Of a stretch of DNA of 40,578 nt, positions 28,998 to 40,336 are shown piece after piece; positions within the stretch are counted from its first letter, which is position 1, and each line of letters opens with the position of its first letter. The stretch comes from a bacterium (lineage in GTDB: Bacteria; Margulisbacteria; WOR-1; O2-12-FULL-45-9). The notes under the pieces are model-generated. The model worked only from the letters and a program-made list of their open reading frames with translations. It had not been told where the DNA came from and did not search any database. The stretch spans positions 1 through 40,578 of the forward strand of contig JBDRIF010000070.1 in NCBI GenBank assembly GCA_043816125.1. Direction: 5' to 3'. A program made the translations under genes and the position numbers.

Positions 28998-31900
28998 TTA
29001 TATTTCCTCCGCTTTGGCTGCCATGGATAACTGCCCCATTAAGCCGACTGTCGGGACTAATTCCAGGAAGCGATAATCCTCAAAACCTGTTCCAGCCGGT
29101 ATCGGTTTACCAATAATAATATTCTCTTTTAACCCGTACATCTTATCGGTCTTACCGTTGATGGCGGCATCGGTTAAAATTCTAGCTGTCTCTTGGAAAG
29201 AAGCAGCTGAGAAATAACTTTCGGTCGCCAAAGAAGCCTTGGTGATACCAAGTAAAACTTCGGTCGCCTCGGAATCTTCGCCCTTGGCTTTCTCGTTGAT
29301 ATCAGCCAGAGCTTTCTTCTCGATTAATTCGCCCGGTAACAGAGTAGTATCACCGGAAGTAACGATCCTGACTTTCTTGGTCATCTGTCTGACAATAACC
29401 TCGATATGTTTGTCAGAAATCGTAACACCCTGTGATCGATATATCTTTTGAATTTCATTAACCAGAAAAGCTTGGACAGCATCAACCCCCAGGATCCTTA
29501 AAACATCATGCGGGTTAATAGCCCGACCTTCACTTAACTGTGTTCCCGGATGAACCTTATCGTTAGTAATAACCTTGAGACGGGTATCATATGGGAACTG
29601 ATACTCCTTTTTCTCTTCTTTGGCCCCAGTTACAGTGACAACCCTTAACCCTTCGCTTTCGGTAATCTCCACTATCCCTTCAATCTCAGAAAGAATGGAA
29701 GCATCTTTTGGTCGGCGGGCTTCGAATAACTCTTCAACTTTTGGTAGACCTTGAATAATATCTTTTGTTTTGCTCGGGTCACGGCGGATCGACTCAACAC
29801 TGGCGACAACATCGTAGCTTTCGACAGCTTGGCCGTCTTCGACAAACACTTTTGAACCGGCAATAATCATATAACTTTCGCCCGGTGCAATTGTCACTTC
29901 GCTCTTGGAGACTTCAATAACTGTTCCCGGAGCTTTGCAGGTGAGTCCGGCAGCTAATTCATCTCCGGACTTGACCTTATCTCCCAACTTAACAAATATT
30001 TTGCCCCCCTTAGGCGCAGCGAATGATTTCTTCGCTTTCGGGTTATAGACAAAGACTTCCCCATCTTTTTTGGCGACCATCTCTTTTCGTTTATGCTGGG
30101 TCTCTAGGCCTAGGAAGATCACTTTGCCAGCTGAACTGGAGACGACAAATTCAAAGGTCGGATCAATGGTCGCAAAAGCTTCTCCAGCTTCTACCTTATC
30201 TCCATCCTTAACCTTAAGAATCGAACCGACGGGGAGAGGATAAGTATCTTTCTTCCCTTTAAATTTAACCGAGAGACTGGAACTGCGGGTAGACATCTGC
30301 TGTTTGTCGCCAAATTCATCGACAACAGTCTTGATCTCTGTCCCTTCTTCAAATTCAATAATCCCGGGATGTTTTGCTTTCATGGCCACCTTGGCCCCTT
30401 TATGCAACGCAACACCACCGATATGGAAAGTTCTCATCGTCAGCTGAGTACCCGGCTCACCAATCGACTGCGCCGCAATAATGCCTACCGCCTCACCAAT
30501 ATTAACCTCTTTAAGCGTCGATAGATCAAGCCCGTAACATTTACGGCAAAGCCCACGTTTTGTTTTGCAGGAAAGAGTCGACCGGACAGCGACATTTTCG
30601 ATTCCGGCTTCATAAATTTCTTTGGCTGTCGGCTCATCCATGATTATGCCGGCCTTTGCCAGGACTTTATTAGAAAGTGGGTCGGTTACATTCTTGATCG
30701 GGGTTCGATGGACCAGTCTTTGCCAAAGCGGAACCAATTCCTCGTACCCTTCTCTGACAGTTGCCAACTCGATCCCTTCTTTTGTCCCACAATCATCTTC
30801 GATGATCACGACATCCTGGGCAACGTCGACTAAGCGACGAGTTAAATAACCGGAATCGGCTGTGCGCAAGGCTGTATCTACCAATCCTTTGCGGGCGCCG
30901 TAAGAAGAAATAAAATATTCGGTAACAGTCAATCCCTCTTTAAAGTTACTCTTAATCGGGATGTCGATAATGTTACCAGACGGATCGGCCATTAGACCGC
31001 GGATACCGGACAACTGTCTGACCTGTTGAACGTTACCTCGGGCACCGGAGAAAGCCATCATATAAACTGAATTTAAATAATCAAAAGACTTAAGCATCTT
31101 GTCGGTGATCTCTTCGGTCACCGCACCCCAAATATCAAGTGAGCGGATGAATTTTTCTTTTTGGGATAAATTTCCGGCCCGATAATGTTTTTCCAGTTCG
31201 GCAACCTGCTTGGTCGCCTTGGCCACGATCTCTTTTTTCCCTTCCGGGATTACCAAATCATCGATCGAAATCGAAACGCCGGCCAAAGTTGCATATTTAA
31301 AGCCGAGTCGCTTGATCTCGTCGGCAATTTCAGCTGTAATCGCACTACCATAAGTCAGATAGGAGTTGGTAATGATTTTTTCCAGCCCTTTCTTATTAAC
31401 AACTTCGTTGACAAAAGGATATTCAACATCTACACCGTGTTTCTTTAATACCCGGTTAAGAGTGTAGTTGAATTTTATTCTACCAACTGTTGTTTCGACT
31501 ATTTCGCCATGGCGGCGTACTTTGATCTTGGCATGAAGATGGACAGCGTCAAGATCGTTAGCGATCATCGATTCCCAATCGTTAGCGAAAATACAATCCT
31601 TACCCAGAGTTTCTTTTTCGTTTAATACAGTCATATAATAGGTGCCTAAAACCATATCTTGGGTTGGAGTAATTAATGGGCGACCGGAAGCTGGCGAAAG
31701 AATATTGTTAGAGGCTAACATTAGGATTCTTGCTTCAACCTGAGCTTCAAACAATAATGGGACGTGAACCGCCATTTGGTCACCGTCGAAGTCGGCGTTG
31801 TAAGCCGAACAAACGAGCGGATGGATCTGAATCGCTTTACCTTCGACCAAGACCGGTTCGAAAGCCTGAATACCTAATCTGTGTAATGTCGGAGCGCGGT

Positions 31901-33155
31901 TTAGCAAGACAGGATGGCCTTTGATAACCTCTTCTAAAATATCCCAGACAACAAGTTCCTGGCGATCGATCATCCGCTTGGCCGACTTAACATTTTGCGC
32001 AATATTGCGGTCAACCAACTTTCTGATTACAAACGGTTTGAACAACTCCAAAGACATCTCTTTGGGTAGACCGCACTGGTGAAGTTTTAAATTGGGACCG
32101 ACCACAATAACAGAGCGACCAGAATAATCGACCCGTTTACCAAGCAGATTTTGTCGGAAACGGCCTTGTTTCCCTTCTATAATATCTGTTAATGATTTTA
32201 AAGGTCTCCCAGTTGAACCGGTCACGGCCCGTTTACGCCGGCCATTATCGATTAAAACGTCTACAGATTCCTGCAACATCCGTTTTTCGTTTCTGATAAT
32301 CATCTCAGGCGCACCCATGTTGATCATTTTCTTGAGACGATTGTTCCGGTTGAGAACACGGCGATAAAGATCGTTTAAGTCGGAAGTGGCAAAACGCCCG
32401 CCTTCTAGCTGAACCATCGGTCTAAGATCTGGCGGGATAACCGGTAAATGCTCCAGAATCATCCAGTCGGGCCGGTTGCCCGATTGCTTGAAAGCTTCGG
32501 CAATTCTTAAGCGCTTGATAATTTTTAGTCTCTTCTGTCCTTTGGAAATCTTAAGATCACGGCGTAATTTGCCGACCATTTGAACGAGATCGATGTCGGT
32601 CAGTAATTTCTGTATCGCTCTGGCTCCGGTTTCGGCTTTAAATTTGTTGCCATGCTTTTCTAGCGCATCCTGATATGCGGTCTCACGCAAGATCTGACCA
32701 ACTTTTAACTTCTTAACTCCTTCATTGACCTGAGTAACAATAAACGCATCATAGTAAACGACTTCTTCTAAAGCTCTGGTGGTAACATTGAGCAACAAAC
32801 TCATGTAGCCGGGGACGCCACGTAAAAACCAGATATGAGCAACCGGTTCAACCAAAGTAATATGCCCCATCCTTTCACGTCTGACTCTGGAAGTTGTTAC
32901 TTCGACACCACAACGCTCACAAACGATTCCGCGATAACGGACACGGCGATATTTCCCGCAATGACATTCCCAATCTTTGACCGGTCCAAATATCTTTTCG
33001 CAGAAAAGACCCCGTCGCTCGGGCTTGAATGTCCGATAATTGATTGTTTCTGGTTTTTCAACTTCACCATATGACCAACTTAAGATTTGCTGCGGTGATG
33101 ATAAGCCTATCTTAATGGAGCTAAACTCTTTTTCTTTCTTATTTACAAAAGGCAA
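28998..33155 (-). CDS. rpoC: RNA polymerase beta' subunit (single unsplit gene)
   Basis: N-terminal zinc finger, NADFDGDQM active site, [13 protein letters not shown] and SAASFQET; TTG start. Confidence 0.99.
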   Translation of the reverse strand: MPFVNKKEKEFSSIKIGLSSPQQILSWSYGEVEKPETINYRTFKPERRGLFCEKIFGPVKDWECHCGKYRRVRYRGIVCERCGVEVTTSRVRRERMGHITLVEPVAHIWFLRGVPGYMSLLLNVTTRALEEVVYYDAFIVTQVNEGVKKLKVGQILRETAYQDALEKHGNKFKAETGARAIQKLLTDIDLVQMVGKLRRDLKISKGQKRLKIIKRLRIAEAFKQSGNRPDWMILEHLPVIPPDLRPMVQLEGGRFATSDLNDLYRRVLNRNNRLKKMINMGAPEMIIRNEKRMLQESVDVLIDNGRRKRAVTGSTGRPLKSLTDIIEGKQGRFRQNLLGKRVDYSGRSVIVVGPNLKLHQCGLPKEMSLELFKPFVIRKLVDRNIAQNVKSAKRMIDRQELVVWDILEEVIKGHPVLLNRAPTLHRLGIQAFEPVLVEGKAIQIHPLVCSAYNADFDGDQMAVHVPLLFEAQVEARILMLASNNILSPASGRPLITPTQDMVLGTYYMTVLNEKETLGKDCIFANDWESMIANDLDAVHLHAKIKVRRHGEIVETTVGRIKFNYTLNRVLKKHGVDVEYPFVNEVVNKKGLEKIITNSYLTYGSAITAEIADEIKRLGFKYATLAGVSISIDDLVIPEGKKEIVAKATKQVAELEKHYRAGNLSQKEKFIRSLDIWGAVTEEITDKMLKSFDYLNSVYMMAFSGARGNVQQVRQLSGIRGLMADPSGNIIDIPIKSNFKEGLTVTEYFISSYGARKGLVDTALRTADSGYLTRRLVDVAQDVVIIEDDCGTKEGIELATVREGYEELVPLWQRLVHRTPIKNVTDPLSNKVLAKAGIIMDEPTAKEIYEAGIENVAVRSTLSCKTKRGLCRKCYGLDLSTLKEVNIGEAVGIIAAQSIGEPGTQLTMRTFHIGGVALHKGAKVAMKAKHPGIIEFEEGTEIKTVVDEFGDKQQMSTRSSSLSVKFKGKKDTYPLPVGSILKVKDGDKVEAGEAFATIDPTFEFVVSSSAGKVIFLGLETQHKRKEMVAKKDGEVFVYNPKAKKSFAAPKGGKIFVKLGDKVKSGDELAAGLTCKAPGTVIEVSKSEVTIAPGESYMIIAGSKVFVEDGQAVESYDVVASVESIRRDPSKTKDIIQGLPKVEELFEARRPKDASILSEIEGIVEITESEGLRVVTVTGAKEEKKEYQFPYDTRLKVITNDKVHPGTQLSEGRAINPHDVLRILGVDAVQAFLVNEIQKIYRSQGVTISDKHIEVIVRQMTKKVRIVTSGDTTLLPGELIEKKALADINEKAKGEDSEATEVLLGITKASLATESYFSAASFQETARILTDAAINGKTDKMYGLKENIIIGKPIPAGTGFEDYRFLELVPTVGLMGQLSMAAKAEEI

Positions 33156-33157
33156 TT

Positions 33158-36100
33158 CTAGGCCCTCCTCTTTTTCTTTTCGAATATGCGCGGCATTCTT
33201 TTCCCTTTGAGTTTCTCTTCTTCATCAATATTGACCTCTTTGTCGTCTTTATCGATCGTCCGGATATTGAGACCCAGACTGCGCAATTCTTTGATCAGAA
33301 CCTTGAAAGATTCGGGAATCCCCGGCCGCCCCATCGATTTGCCTTTGATGATTGCTTCGTAAACCCTTGAGCGACCGACAACATCGTCAGACTTAACCGT
33401 TAGTAATTCCTGTAAAGTATTGGCCGCCCCATAAGCTTCGAGCGCCCAAACTTCCATCTCACCAAATCGTTGACCGCCAAATTGAGCTTTACCACCAAGC
33501 GGCTGCTGGGTGATCAAAGAGTAAGGTCCGGTCGAACGGGCGTGCATCTTATCGTCAACCAAATGGATCAGTTTCATTAAATACATATAACCAACGGCAA
33601 CTTTGCGGCCAAAAGCTCGGCCGGTCCGACCATCACGCAATTCGACTTTGCCGGTTGAATCTAACCAGGGCAATTTGCCTTCTTGCGCCGCCAGTTCCAA
33701 CTCTTCGGCAACTCGATTGACAGAAGCATCATCTTCGATCTGTTCATCAAAAGCGGTGACATCATATTTCTTATCGAGAATCTTGCCGGCATGGCCTAAT
33801 AGTAATTCAAAGATCTGGCCGATATTCATACGGGAAGGGACGCCTAAGGGATTGAGCACGACATCGACAGGTGTCCCATCGGGCATAAAAGGCATATCTT
33901 CTTCCGGCAAAATCTTGGCCACAACACCCTTGTTTCCGTGGCGGCCGGCCAATTTATCACCGATACTGACTTTGCGTAACTGAGCCAGATAAACACGGAC
34001 TAATTCATGAACTCCAGGCGGTAATTCGTCACCGTTTTCTCTGGAAAAGACACGAACATTAATAACAATACCGGTCTCTCCCGGCGGAACCCTTAATGAG
34101 GTATCGCGCATGTCTCTGGCTTTATCACCAAAGATAGCTCGTAATAATTTTTCTTCGGCTGGCAGTTCAGTCTCACCTTTTGGAGTAACCTTACCAACCA
34201 AAACATCTCCTGGCGAAATTTCAGACCCGGGGATAATTACTCCGCGGTCGTCTAAATTGGCCAAGGCCTCTTCGCTGACATTAGGAATCTCGCGAGTAAT
34301 CTCTTCCATCCCCAGCTTAGTCGCTCTGACTTCAACCTCTAAGCGCTGGATATGGATAGTGGTAAACATATCCTTTTTAACCAATTTTTCTGACAAAAGA
34401 ATGGCGTCTTCGTAGTTGTAACCTTCCCACGGCATCATCGCGACCAGAATATTGCGGCCCAGAGCCAACTCCCCATTTTGGGTAGCAGAGCCATCGGCTA
34501 AAATATCACCGGCACTGACCTTGTCGTCCAATTTAACGACCGGTCGTTGGTGAATGAGAGTATCCTGGTTACTGCGACAGAAAGTTAAGAGTTTGTATGA
34601 TTGTTTTTTCTTATCACTGCTCTGAATAACAATTTCATCGGCCGAGAGCTTAATAATTTTGCCGGCTTTTTCGGCCCGAACTAATGTTCGGGAATCATTG
34701 GCGACTTTAGCCTCTAATCCAGATCCGACGATTGGTGATTCTGGTTCAAGAAGAGGGACAGATTGACGTTGCATGTTGGCACCCATCAAAGCCCTGTTGG
34801 CGTCGTTGTGCTCGATAAAAGGGATCATCGCGGTAGAAATACCGATGATCTGACTCGGGGCAACACCGACATAATCGACCTCCTGATGTGGGGCAAAGAC
34901 AAATTCCCTGCGATAGCGAACAGGGACCTGGTCATCAACAATTTTTCCATCGCTGTTAACCCTGGTATCACTGGAAGCTATTTTAAAAAGATCTTCCACA
35001 TCAGCAGAGAGATATTCAATTTTATTGGTCACAACCGAATTTTTAACCCGGCGATAAGGAGACTCGATGAAACCAAATTTATTAACTTTGGCATGAGTAG
35101 CCAAAGAACCGATCAGCCCGGCATTGGGACCTTCAGGTGTTTCGATCGGACAGATACGGCCATAATGGGAAGGATGGATATCACGAACTTCAAATCCTGC
35201 CCTATCTCGGGATAAGCCGCCTGGCCCTAAGGCTGACACCCGTCGTTTATGAGTTAATTCGGCCAAAGGATTGGTCTGATCCATAAACTGGGATAATTGA
35301 CTGGAACCAAAAAATTCTTTAATAACCGCCTGAAGAGGTCGGATATTAATCAATTGACTTGGCGTAACAACATCGCCACCCCTAATCATCATCTGCTCTT
35401 TGATCAGCCGTTCAATTCTGGTGAAACCGATCCTGATCTGACGCTGTAATAACTCGCCAATAGCCCTGACTCGGCGATTGCCCAAGTGATCGATATCGTC
35501 GGCAATCCCTTCGCCACCATTAATGTTGATCAGATAAAGAACCATCCCCAAAATATCGGCTTTAGTTAAAACAAAAACATCGAGTTCGACATTAACCCCC
35601 AATTTGCGGTTAACTTTATATCGTCCTACTCTCCCCAAATCATAACGACGTGGATTGAAGAACAAATTATTAAGATAAACCTGAGCCCCTTCTTGTGTAA
35701 CCGGATCGCCGGGGCGGAGTTTTTTGTAAACTTCAATCAACGCCTCATTTTTGGGCATGATCGGACATTCTTTGAGACATTTTCGACGAAATTCACCCTC
35801 AGGCAGAGCCTGCAGAACTTCTTTTTCTGAACAGCCAATGGCCGACAAAAACATGGTTACAGGGATCTTACGAGTCCGGTTGATCCGGGTAAAGATTGCC
35901 CCGCCAGAATCTGTCTCCACCTCAAGCCAAGAACCACGATCTGGAATAACCGTGGAATAATAATAAGTTTTACCCATCATTTTATCGGTCCGTTTAATGG
36001 CCCGATAATAAACACCTGGGGAACGGACTAATTGAGAAACAATTACCCGCTCTGCTCCGTTGATAATAAAAGTCCCGCGGTCGGTCATCATCGGCAGATC

Positions 36101-36421
36101 GCCGATAAAGACATCCTGAGTTTTTACCTCTTTGGTCGCTTTATTAACCAACCTGGTCTCAACCTTAAGCGGCATCGCATAGGTTGCTTCTCTGATCGAA
36201 CACTCCTGGGCAGAATACTTTGGCTTGCCCAGTTTGTGCTTACCAGTAAAGTGCAACTCCAGCTTCCCTTCATAGCCCTTAACAGGAGAAATAGCCTTTA
36301 ATTCTTCGGCCAAACCTTCCTGCAAGAACCAGAGAAAAGAAGTTTTCTGGAGTTCCAGTAGATCCGGAGCCTCAACTATATATTTTTTGGCTTTGCTTAC
36401 AAGTGCTGTTCTTTTTGTCAT
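33158..36421 (-). CDS. rpoB: RNA polymerase beta subunit
   Basis: [33 protein letters not shown] and [13 protein letters not shown]. Confidence 0.99.
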   Translation of the reverse strand: MTKRTALVSKAKKYIVEAPDLLELQKTSFLWFLQEGLAEELKAISPVKGYEGKLELHFTGKHKLGKPKYSAQECSIREATYAMPLKVETRLVNKATKEVKTQDVFIGDLPMMTDRGTFIINGAERVIVSQLVRSPGVYYRAIKRTDKMMGKTYYYSTVIPDRGSWLEVETDSGGAIFTRINRTRKIPVTMFLSAIGCSEKEVLQALPEGEFRRKCLKECPIMPKNEALIEVYKKLRPGDPVTQEGAQVYLNNLFFNPRRYDLGRVGRYKVNRKLGVNVELDVFVLTKADILGMVLYLININGGEGIADDIDHLGNRRVRAIGELLQRQIRIGFTRIERLIKEQMMIRGGDVVTPSQLINIRPLQAVIKEFFGSSQLSQFMDQTNPLAELTHKRRVSALGPGGLSRDRAGFEVRDIHPSHYGRICPIETPEGPNAGLIGSLATHAKVNKFGFIESPYRRVKNSVVTNKIEYLSADVEDLFKIASSDTRVNSDGKIVDDQVPVRYRREFVFAPHQEVDYVGVAPSQIIGISTAMIPFIEHNDANRALMGANMQRQSVPLLEPESPIVGSGLEAKVANDSRTLVRAEKAGKIIKLSADEIVIQSSDKKKQSYKLLTFCRSNQDTLIHQRPVVKLDDKVSAGDILADGSATQNGELALGRNILVAMMPWEGYNYEDAILLSEKLVKKDMFTTIHIQRLEVEVRATKLGMEEITREIPNVSEEALANLDDRGVIIPGSEISPGDVLVGKVTPKGETELPAEEKLLRAIFGDKARDMRDTSLRVPPGETGIVINVRVFSRENGDELPPGVHELVRVYLAQLRKVSIGDKLAGRHGNKGVVAKILPEEDMPFMPDGTPVDVVLNPLGVPSRMNIGQIFELLLGHAGKILDKKYDVTAFDEQIEDDASVNRVAEELELAAQEGKLPWLDSTGKVELRDGRTGRAFGRKVAVGYMYLMKLIHLVDDKMHARSTGPYSLITQQPLGGKAQFGGQRFGEMEVWALEAYGAANTLQELLTVKSDDVVGRSRVYEAIIKGKSMGRPGIPESFKVLIKELRSLGLNIRTIDKDDKEVNIDEEEKLKGKRMPRIFEKKKRRA

Positions 36422-36792
36422 TATTTAATCTCGACCTTTGCTCCCTGAGCTTCGAGTTTTTTCTTAATGTCTTCCGCTTCGTCTTTTTTCACGCCCTGCT
36501 TAACTGGTTTTGGTGCTGAGTCGACTAATTCCTTAGCCTCCTTCAGACCTAACCCGGTTACTTCGCGCAAAACTTTGAGCACTTGGATTTTCTTTGCCCC
36601 TGCGTCAGCCAAGACGACATCAAATTCGTCCTTAACTTCTTCAGCCGCACCGGCCGCGGCAACTCCACCGGCCATCATCATCGGAGCAGCAGCAGAAACC
36701 CCAAATTTCTCTTCTAATTTCTTCACCAAATCGGATAATTCTAAAACCGTTAATCCTTCTACATTTGAGATAATTTCTTCAACCTTTGCCAT
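36421..36792 (-). CDS. rplL: 50S ribosomal protein L7/L12
   Basis: EKFGVSAAA and [12 protein letters not shown]. Confidence 0.99.
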   Translation of the reverse strand: MAKVEEIISNVEGLTVLELSDLVKKLEEKFGVSAAAPMMMAGGVAAAGAAEEVKDEFDVVLADAGAKKIQVLKVLREVTGLGLKEAKELVDSAPKPVKQGVKKDEAEDIKKKLEAQGAKVEIK

Positions 36793-37436
36793 TACTTCTC
36801 ACCTCCTTCTGATTCATTTATTGGTTCCTCAACCTTCACTTCTTCAGCTTTTGGTTCCTCGACAACCGGGGCAGAAACTTCAACCGCCGCTACGGCAGAA
36901 GCGGGTTCCTGAGCTTTTTTATCTTTGACAGCATTTAGAGCATAAACCAATTTTCGCATTGAGCCGGCCAAAACATTGACCAGGCCATAAAGCGGAGCAT
37001 TGAAACCGCTAACCATTTTGGCAATCAGCTCTTCGCGAGAAGGAAGCTTACTTATACTTTCAATTCCTTTGGAATCAACGATCTTCTTCTCCATTAAACC
37101 GGCCTTAATCTCTCCTTTTTCGATTTCAGCGACAAAGTCAACCAAGGCCTTAACCGGCTCAACAGGATCTTTGTAACCAAGCAATAAAGCGGTTGGCCCG
37201 ACAATATGCTCATTAAGTTCGGCATGCCCGGCCGCTTCCATCGCCCGTCGTAAAAGAGTATTTTTTACAACTTTATACTCGGAATCATTTTTGTACAGTG
37301 CTTTGCGAAACTCAGTTACCTGCTTAACAGATATCCCGCGGTAATCGGTCAAAACAATAATGCTGGCTGAATCGATCTTCTCCTGAAGAGCCTCAACTAC
37401 TTTCTTTTTTCGGTCGACTACTTTTGCATTACCCAT
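36792..37436 (-). CDS. rplJ: 50S ribosomal protein L10 with acidic C-terminal tail
   Basis: DYRG, VVKNTL and LPSREEL. Confidence 0.98.
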   Translation of the reverse strand: MGNAKVVDRKKKVVEALQEKIDSASIIVLTDYRGISVKQVTEFRKALYKNDSEYKVVKNTLLRRAMEAAGHAELNEHIVGPTALLLGYKDPVEPVKALVDFVAEIEKGEIKAGLMEKKIVDSKGIESISKLPSREELIAKMVSGFNAPLYGLVNVLAGSMRKLVYALNAVKDKKAQEPASAVAAVEVSAPVVEEPKAEEVKVEEPINESEGGEK

Positions 37437-38134
37437 TAGTTGCCCGTCCTATCTATGGCGATTTTTGGATCGATTTTGATCCCCGGCCCCATGGTGCTGG
37501 AGACAGTGATCGACTCGACAAAATTCCCTTTTAACCCGCTCGGTTTGGTCGTCAAAATTGCAGCCAAAGCAGCTGAGAAGTTGTCTTCCAACACTTTAAC
37601 ATCAAAAGAGACTTTACCTAAAACCATGTGCAAGGCACTAGTCTTGTCCATCTTGAACTCAACCTTCCCCCCTTTAAATTCTTTAACAGCTTTGGCAATT
37701 TCTGGCGTTACCGTTCCAGATTTGGGATTGGGCATTAAACCTTTGGGCCCCAAAACTTTTCCTAAGCGACCAACAGAAGCCATCATATCGGGAGAAACAA
37801 TTAGAACGTCAAAACCCAAAAATCCGTCTTGAACCTTCTTAACCAGATCCTCAGATCCGGCAATATCAGCTCCGGCTTCTTCAGCCTCTTTTACCCGATC
37901 TGGCCTGGTAATTACGGCAACTTTTTTTGACTTGCCCGATCCACCCGGTAAATTTACCGTGCCGCGAACCGAATGTTTCTTTGGCTCGGCCCCAAGTTTC
38001 ATCGCCAATTCAACGGTCTCGTCGAATTTACCTCGACTGGTTTGTTTAACCAGAGCAAAAACCTCGGCCGGAGTGTAATACTTAGTCCGATCGACTAATT
38101 TTGCCTTTTCTTGATATTTTTTACTTTTTACCAT
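37436..38134 (-). CDS. rplA: 50S ribosomal protein L1
   Basis: FDETVE, LGPKGLMPNPK.GT and STMGPG. Confidence 0.99.
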   Translation of the reverse strand: MVKSKKYQEKAKLVDRTKYYTPAEVFALVKQTSRGKFDETVELAMKLGAEPKKHSVRGTVNLPGGSGKSKKVAVITRPDRVKEAEEAGADIAGSEDLVKKVQDGFLGFDVLIVSPDMMASVGRLGKVLGPKGLMPNPKSGTVTPEIAKAVKEFKGGKVEFKMDKTSALHMVLGKVSFDVKVLEDNFSAALAAILTTKPSGLKGNFVESITVSSTMGPGIKIDPKIAIDRTGN

Positions 38135-38571
38135 TATTCTACTGTCAACCCCATATTTCTCGCCGTTCCAGCAATAATTTGCATTGCCGCTTCAACATCA
38201 TTGGCGTTTAGATCGGGCAACTTAATCTCGGCAATCTCTTTGAGCATCGCTTTGGTTACCTTGCCAACTTTTGTCTTATTCGGTTCACCCGAACCCTTTT
38301 CGATCCCGGCAGCTTTTTTCAATAAAGCTGCAGCCGGCGGAGTTTTGCAGATAAAAGAAAAAGAACGGTCTTTATAAATTGAAATTTCAACAGGAATAAT
38401 CATTCCGCCTTTATCTTTGGTTACTGCATTATATTGTTTGCAGAAATCCATAATATTTAAGCCATGCTGACCAAGAGCCGGACCGATTGGCGGAGCTGGA
38501 TTAGCTTTGCCGGCCTCGATCTGCAATTTAACTTTTGTGATAACTTCTTTCTTTTTCTTTTTTGGTGGCAT
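38134..38571 (-). CDS. rplK: 50S ribosomal protein L11
   Basis: [13 protein letters not shown] and GTARNMG. Confidence 0.99.
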   Translation of the reverse strand: MPPKKKKKEVITKVKLQIEAGKANPAPPIGPALGQHGLNIMDFCKQYNAVTKDKGGMIIPVEISIYKDRSFSFICKTPPAAALLKKAAGIEKGSGEPNKTKVGKVTKAMLKEIAEIKLPDLNANDVEAAMQIIAGTARNMGLTVE

Positions 38572-38580
38572 ATTTTTTTC

Positions 38581-39327
38581 CTATACTATTTTTTGCGCAA
38601 ACTCAAAATTAACTTCGACCGGCGTGTCTCGCCCGAAGATATTAATCAGCGCCTTTAATTTACCTTTTTCATCATTAACTTCATCAACTGTCCCTGTATA
38701 TCCACGGAAAGGACCGGAGATAATACGAACCCCTTCACCCTTTTCAAAGGTGATCTCGAATCTTTCTTCTTTACCCAGCTGTTTCAACACCCGCTGCATC
38801 TCTTTGGCGGAGACAGGTGTCGGCTGAGTCTTAGAACCGATAAAGCGGGCAACTCCTGGGGTACTGCGAATCAGGTACCAGGACTCCTCATCAAGAATCA
38901 TTTCCAGAAAAACGTATCCGGCAAACATGTTCTTAACTTTTTCGACTCTCTTTCCGCCTTTTATCTCAACGATCTCCTCTGTCGGGACCAAAACTTGAAG
39001 AACTTTGTTCTTTAAATTTTTTAACTTAATGGTTAAATCGATCGCTTTTTTTACTTTGTCTTCGCTGCCGGTCATCGCCTGGATTACGTACCACTTTGCT
39101 TCACCGGCAGGGGCTTCGGCCTGAACTTCTTCTGAAACAGGTTCTTCACTTTCAGCAGGGACTTCACTTTCAGCAGGGACTTCACTCTCAACAGGAACTT
39201 CTTCAGCTGTCGGTTCTACAACAACCTCTGGCTGGACCGGCTCTACAGATTCAGCTGGCGTCTCGACATCTGTCGGGATAGCAGCAGATTCGTCTATTTG
39301 ATTCTCAAGATTCTCGTTAGCATCCAT
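38581..39327 (-). CDS. nusG: Transcription factor NusG with acidic N-terminal extension
   Basis: NGN domain from KWYVIQ and KOW motif ISGPF.G...IFGRDTPVE. Confidence 0.97.
   Translation of the reverse strand: MDANENLENQIDESAAIPTDVETPAESVEPVQPEVVVEPTAEEVPVESEVPAESEVPAESEEPVSEEVQAEAPAGEAKWYVIQAMTGSEDKVKKAIDLTIKLKNLKNKVLQVLVPTEEIVEIKGGKRVEKVKNMFAGYVFLEMILDEESWYLIRSTPGVARFIGSKTQPTPVSAKEMQRVLKQLGKEERFEITFEKGEGVRIISGPFRGYTGTVDEVNDEKGKLKALINIFGRDTPVEVNFEFAQKIV
39144..39197. repeat. Three copies of an 18-bp in-frame tandem repeat in nusG
   Basis: cttcactttcagcaggga twice exactly, then cttcactctcaacaggaa; encodes VP(A/V)ESE three times. Confidence 0.9.
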
Positions 39328-39328
39328 G

Positions 39329-39523
39329 CTATTTAATCAGCGCTCCCATAATTTTTGATAAACCCAGATCTACAAACATCACATACATCCCAGTCAAGAG
39401 AACCAAGACTACAATAATCACCGTGGCAACTGCCACATATCTCCGATCGGGCCAAACCACCTTTTTGGTTTCGGACCGAGTCTCTTTGAAAAACTTAACT
39501 AATCCTGCAATCTTTTCTTTCAT
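39329..39523 (-). CDS. secE: Preprotein translocase subunit SecE
   Basis: E.KKVVWP motif plus one TM helix; upstream of nusG. Confidence 0.96.
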   Translation of the reverse strand: MKEKIAGLVKFFKETRSETKKVVWPDRRYVAVATVIIVVLVLLTGMYVMFVDLGLSKIMGALIK

Positions 39524-39541
39524 TATTATATAGAGTCAAAA

Positions 39542-39612
39542 CGGGAGTGGGAGGATTCGAACCCCCAGTCCTGGTTTTGGAGACCAGTGGTTTGCCATTA
39601 ACCGACACTCCC
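39542..39612 (-). tRNA. trnW: tRNA-Trp (anticodon CCA); CCA end not encoded
   Basis: GGGAGTG/CACTCCC acceptor stem, G73, D-stem GGTT/AACC, anticodon arm CTGGT-CTCCAAA-ACCAG, T-arm GGGGG-TTCGAAT-CCTCC. Confidence 0.96.
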
Positions 39613-39624
39613 CCTGAGTCTACC

Positions 39625-39777
39625 CTACTTCTTCTCTTCCTTATGTTTGGTGTGTTTCATGCACCAACAACAATATTTTGAAAGTTCAATACGATCCTTC
39701 GTATTATCCTTACTTTTATTAGTCGTGTAATTTTTTCTTTTACACTCTGTACATGCTAACGTTATAATTTCTCTCAT
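39625..39777 (-). CDS. rpmG: 50S ribosomal protein L33 (zinc type)
   Basis: [16 protein letters not shown]...KYCCWC..HT.HKE. ATG at 39777 (the track over-extends it). Confidence 0.97.
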   Translation of the reverse strand: MREIITLACTECKRKNYTTNKSKDNTKDRIELSKYCCWCMKHTKHKEEKK

Positions 39778-39874
39778 AAAAAAAATTCCCGAGGCACATA
39801 ATGCCCCCTTGACCAAAAATATTATTTTCTGGCAATATTTACTGAATGAATACCATTCAACAAACGGAATTAGT

Positions 39875-39904
39875 ATTTTACCTTAAACTGTGGATAACTG
39901 TCAA
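39875..39904 (-). promoter_or_regulatory. Sigma70-type promoter with a DnaA box in the spacer
   Basis: TTGACA (39904-39899), 18 nt, TAAAAT (39880-39875). The spacer contains TTATCCACA (39897-39889). Confidence 0.8.
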
Positions 39905-39922
39905 GAGGGTAATTAAGAAAAT

Positions 39923-40336
39923 TTACTGACCGAGGACTTTGACCAGCACCCGCTTCCGCCGCTGCCCATCAAACTCGCCATAGAAGATCTGCTCCCAGGG
40001 GCCAAAATCCAATTGACCATCTGTAATAGCGACTACAACCTCTCGCCCCATGATTGTCCGCTTTAAATGCGCATCGGCATTGTCTTCGCCGGTCTGATGA
40101 TGTTTGTAACCGGGATATTCCGGAGCAATCTTTTCTAACCACTCCAAAAAGTCCTGCTTCAGGCCAGACTCCTCATCATTAATAAACACCGAAGCGGTGA
40201 TATGCATAGCATTGACCAAGACCATCCCCTCTTTGACGCCAGACTTATCAACGATCGATTGAACCTCATGAGTAATATTAATAATTTCTTTTTGTTTTTT
40301 AGTTGTCAGGTATAAATAGTCGGTATGGGTCTTCAT
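39923..40336 (-). CDS. yjbQ: YjbQ/UPF0047 family protein
   Basis: [18 protein letters not shown] and G.W..I.Y.EFDG.R.R. Confidence 0.93.
   Translation of the reverse strand: MKTHTDYLYLTTKKQKEIINITHEVQSIVDKSGVKEGMVLVNAMHITASVFINDEESGLKQDFLEWLEKIAPEYPGYKHHQTGEDNADAHLKRTIMGREVVVAITDGQLDFGPWEQIFYGEFDGQRRKRVLVKVLGQ

Noticed and set aside
39542-39612. Possible recoding tRNA or alternative genetic code
   Set aside because: The anticodon is the standard CCA, and TGA serves as stop in conserved genes (rpoA, rplQ, rplR, secY), consistent with code 11.
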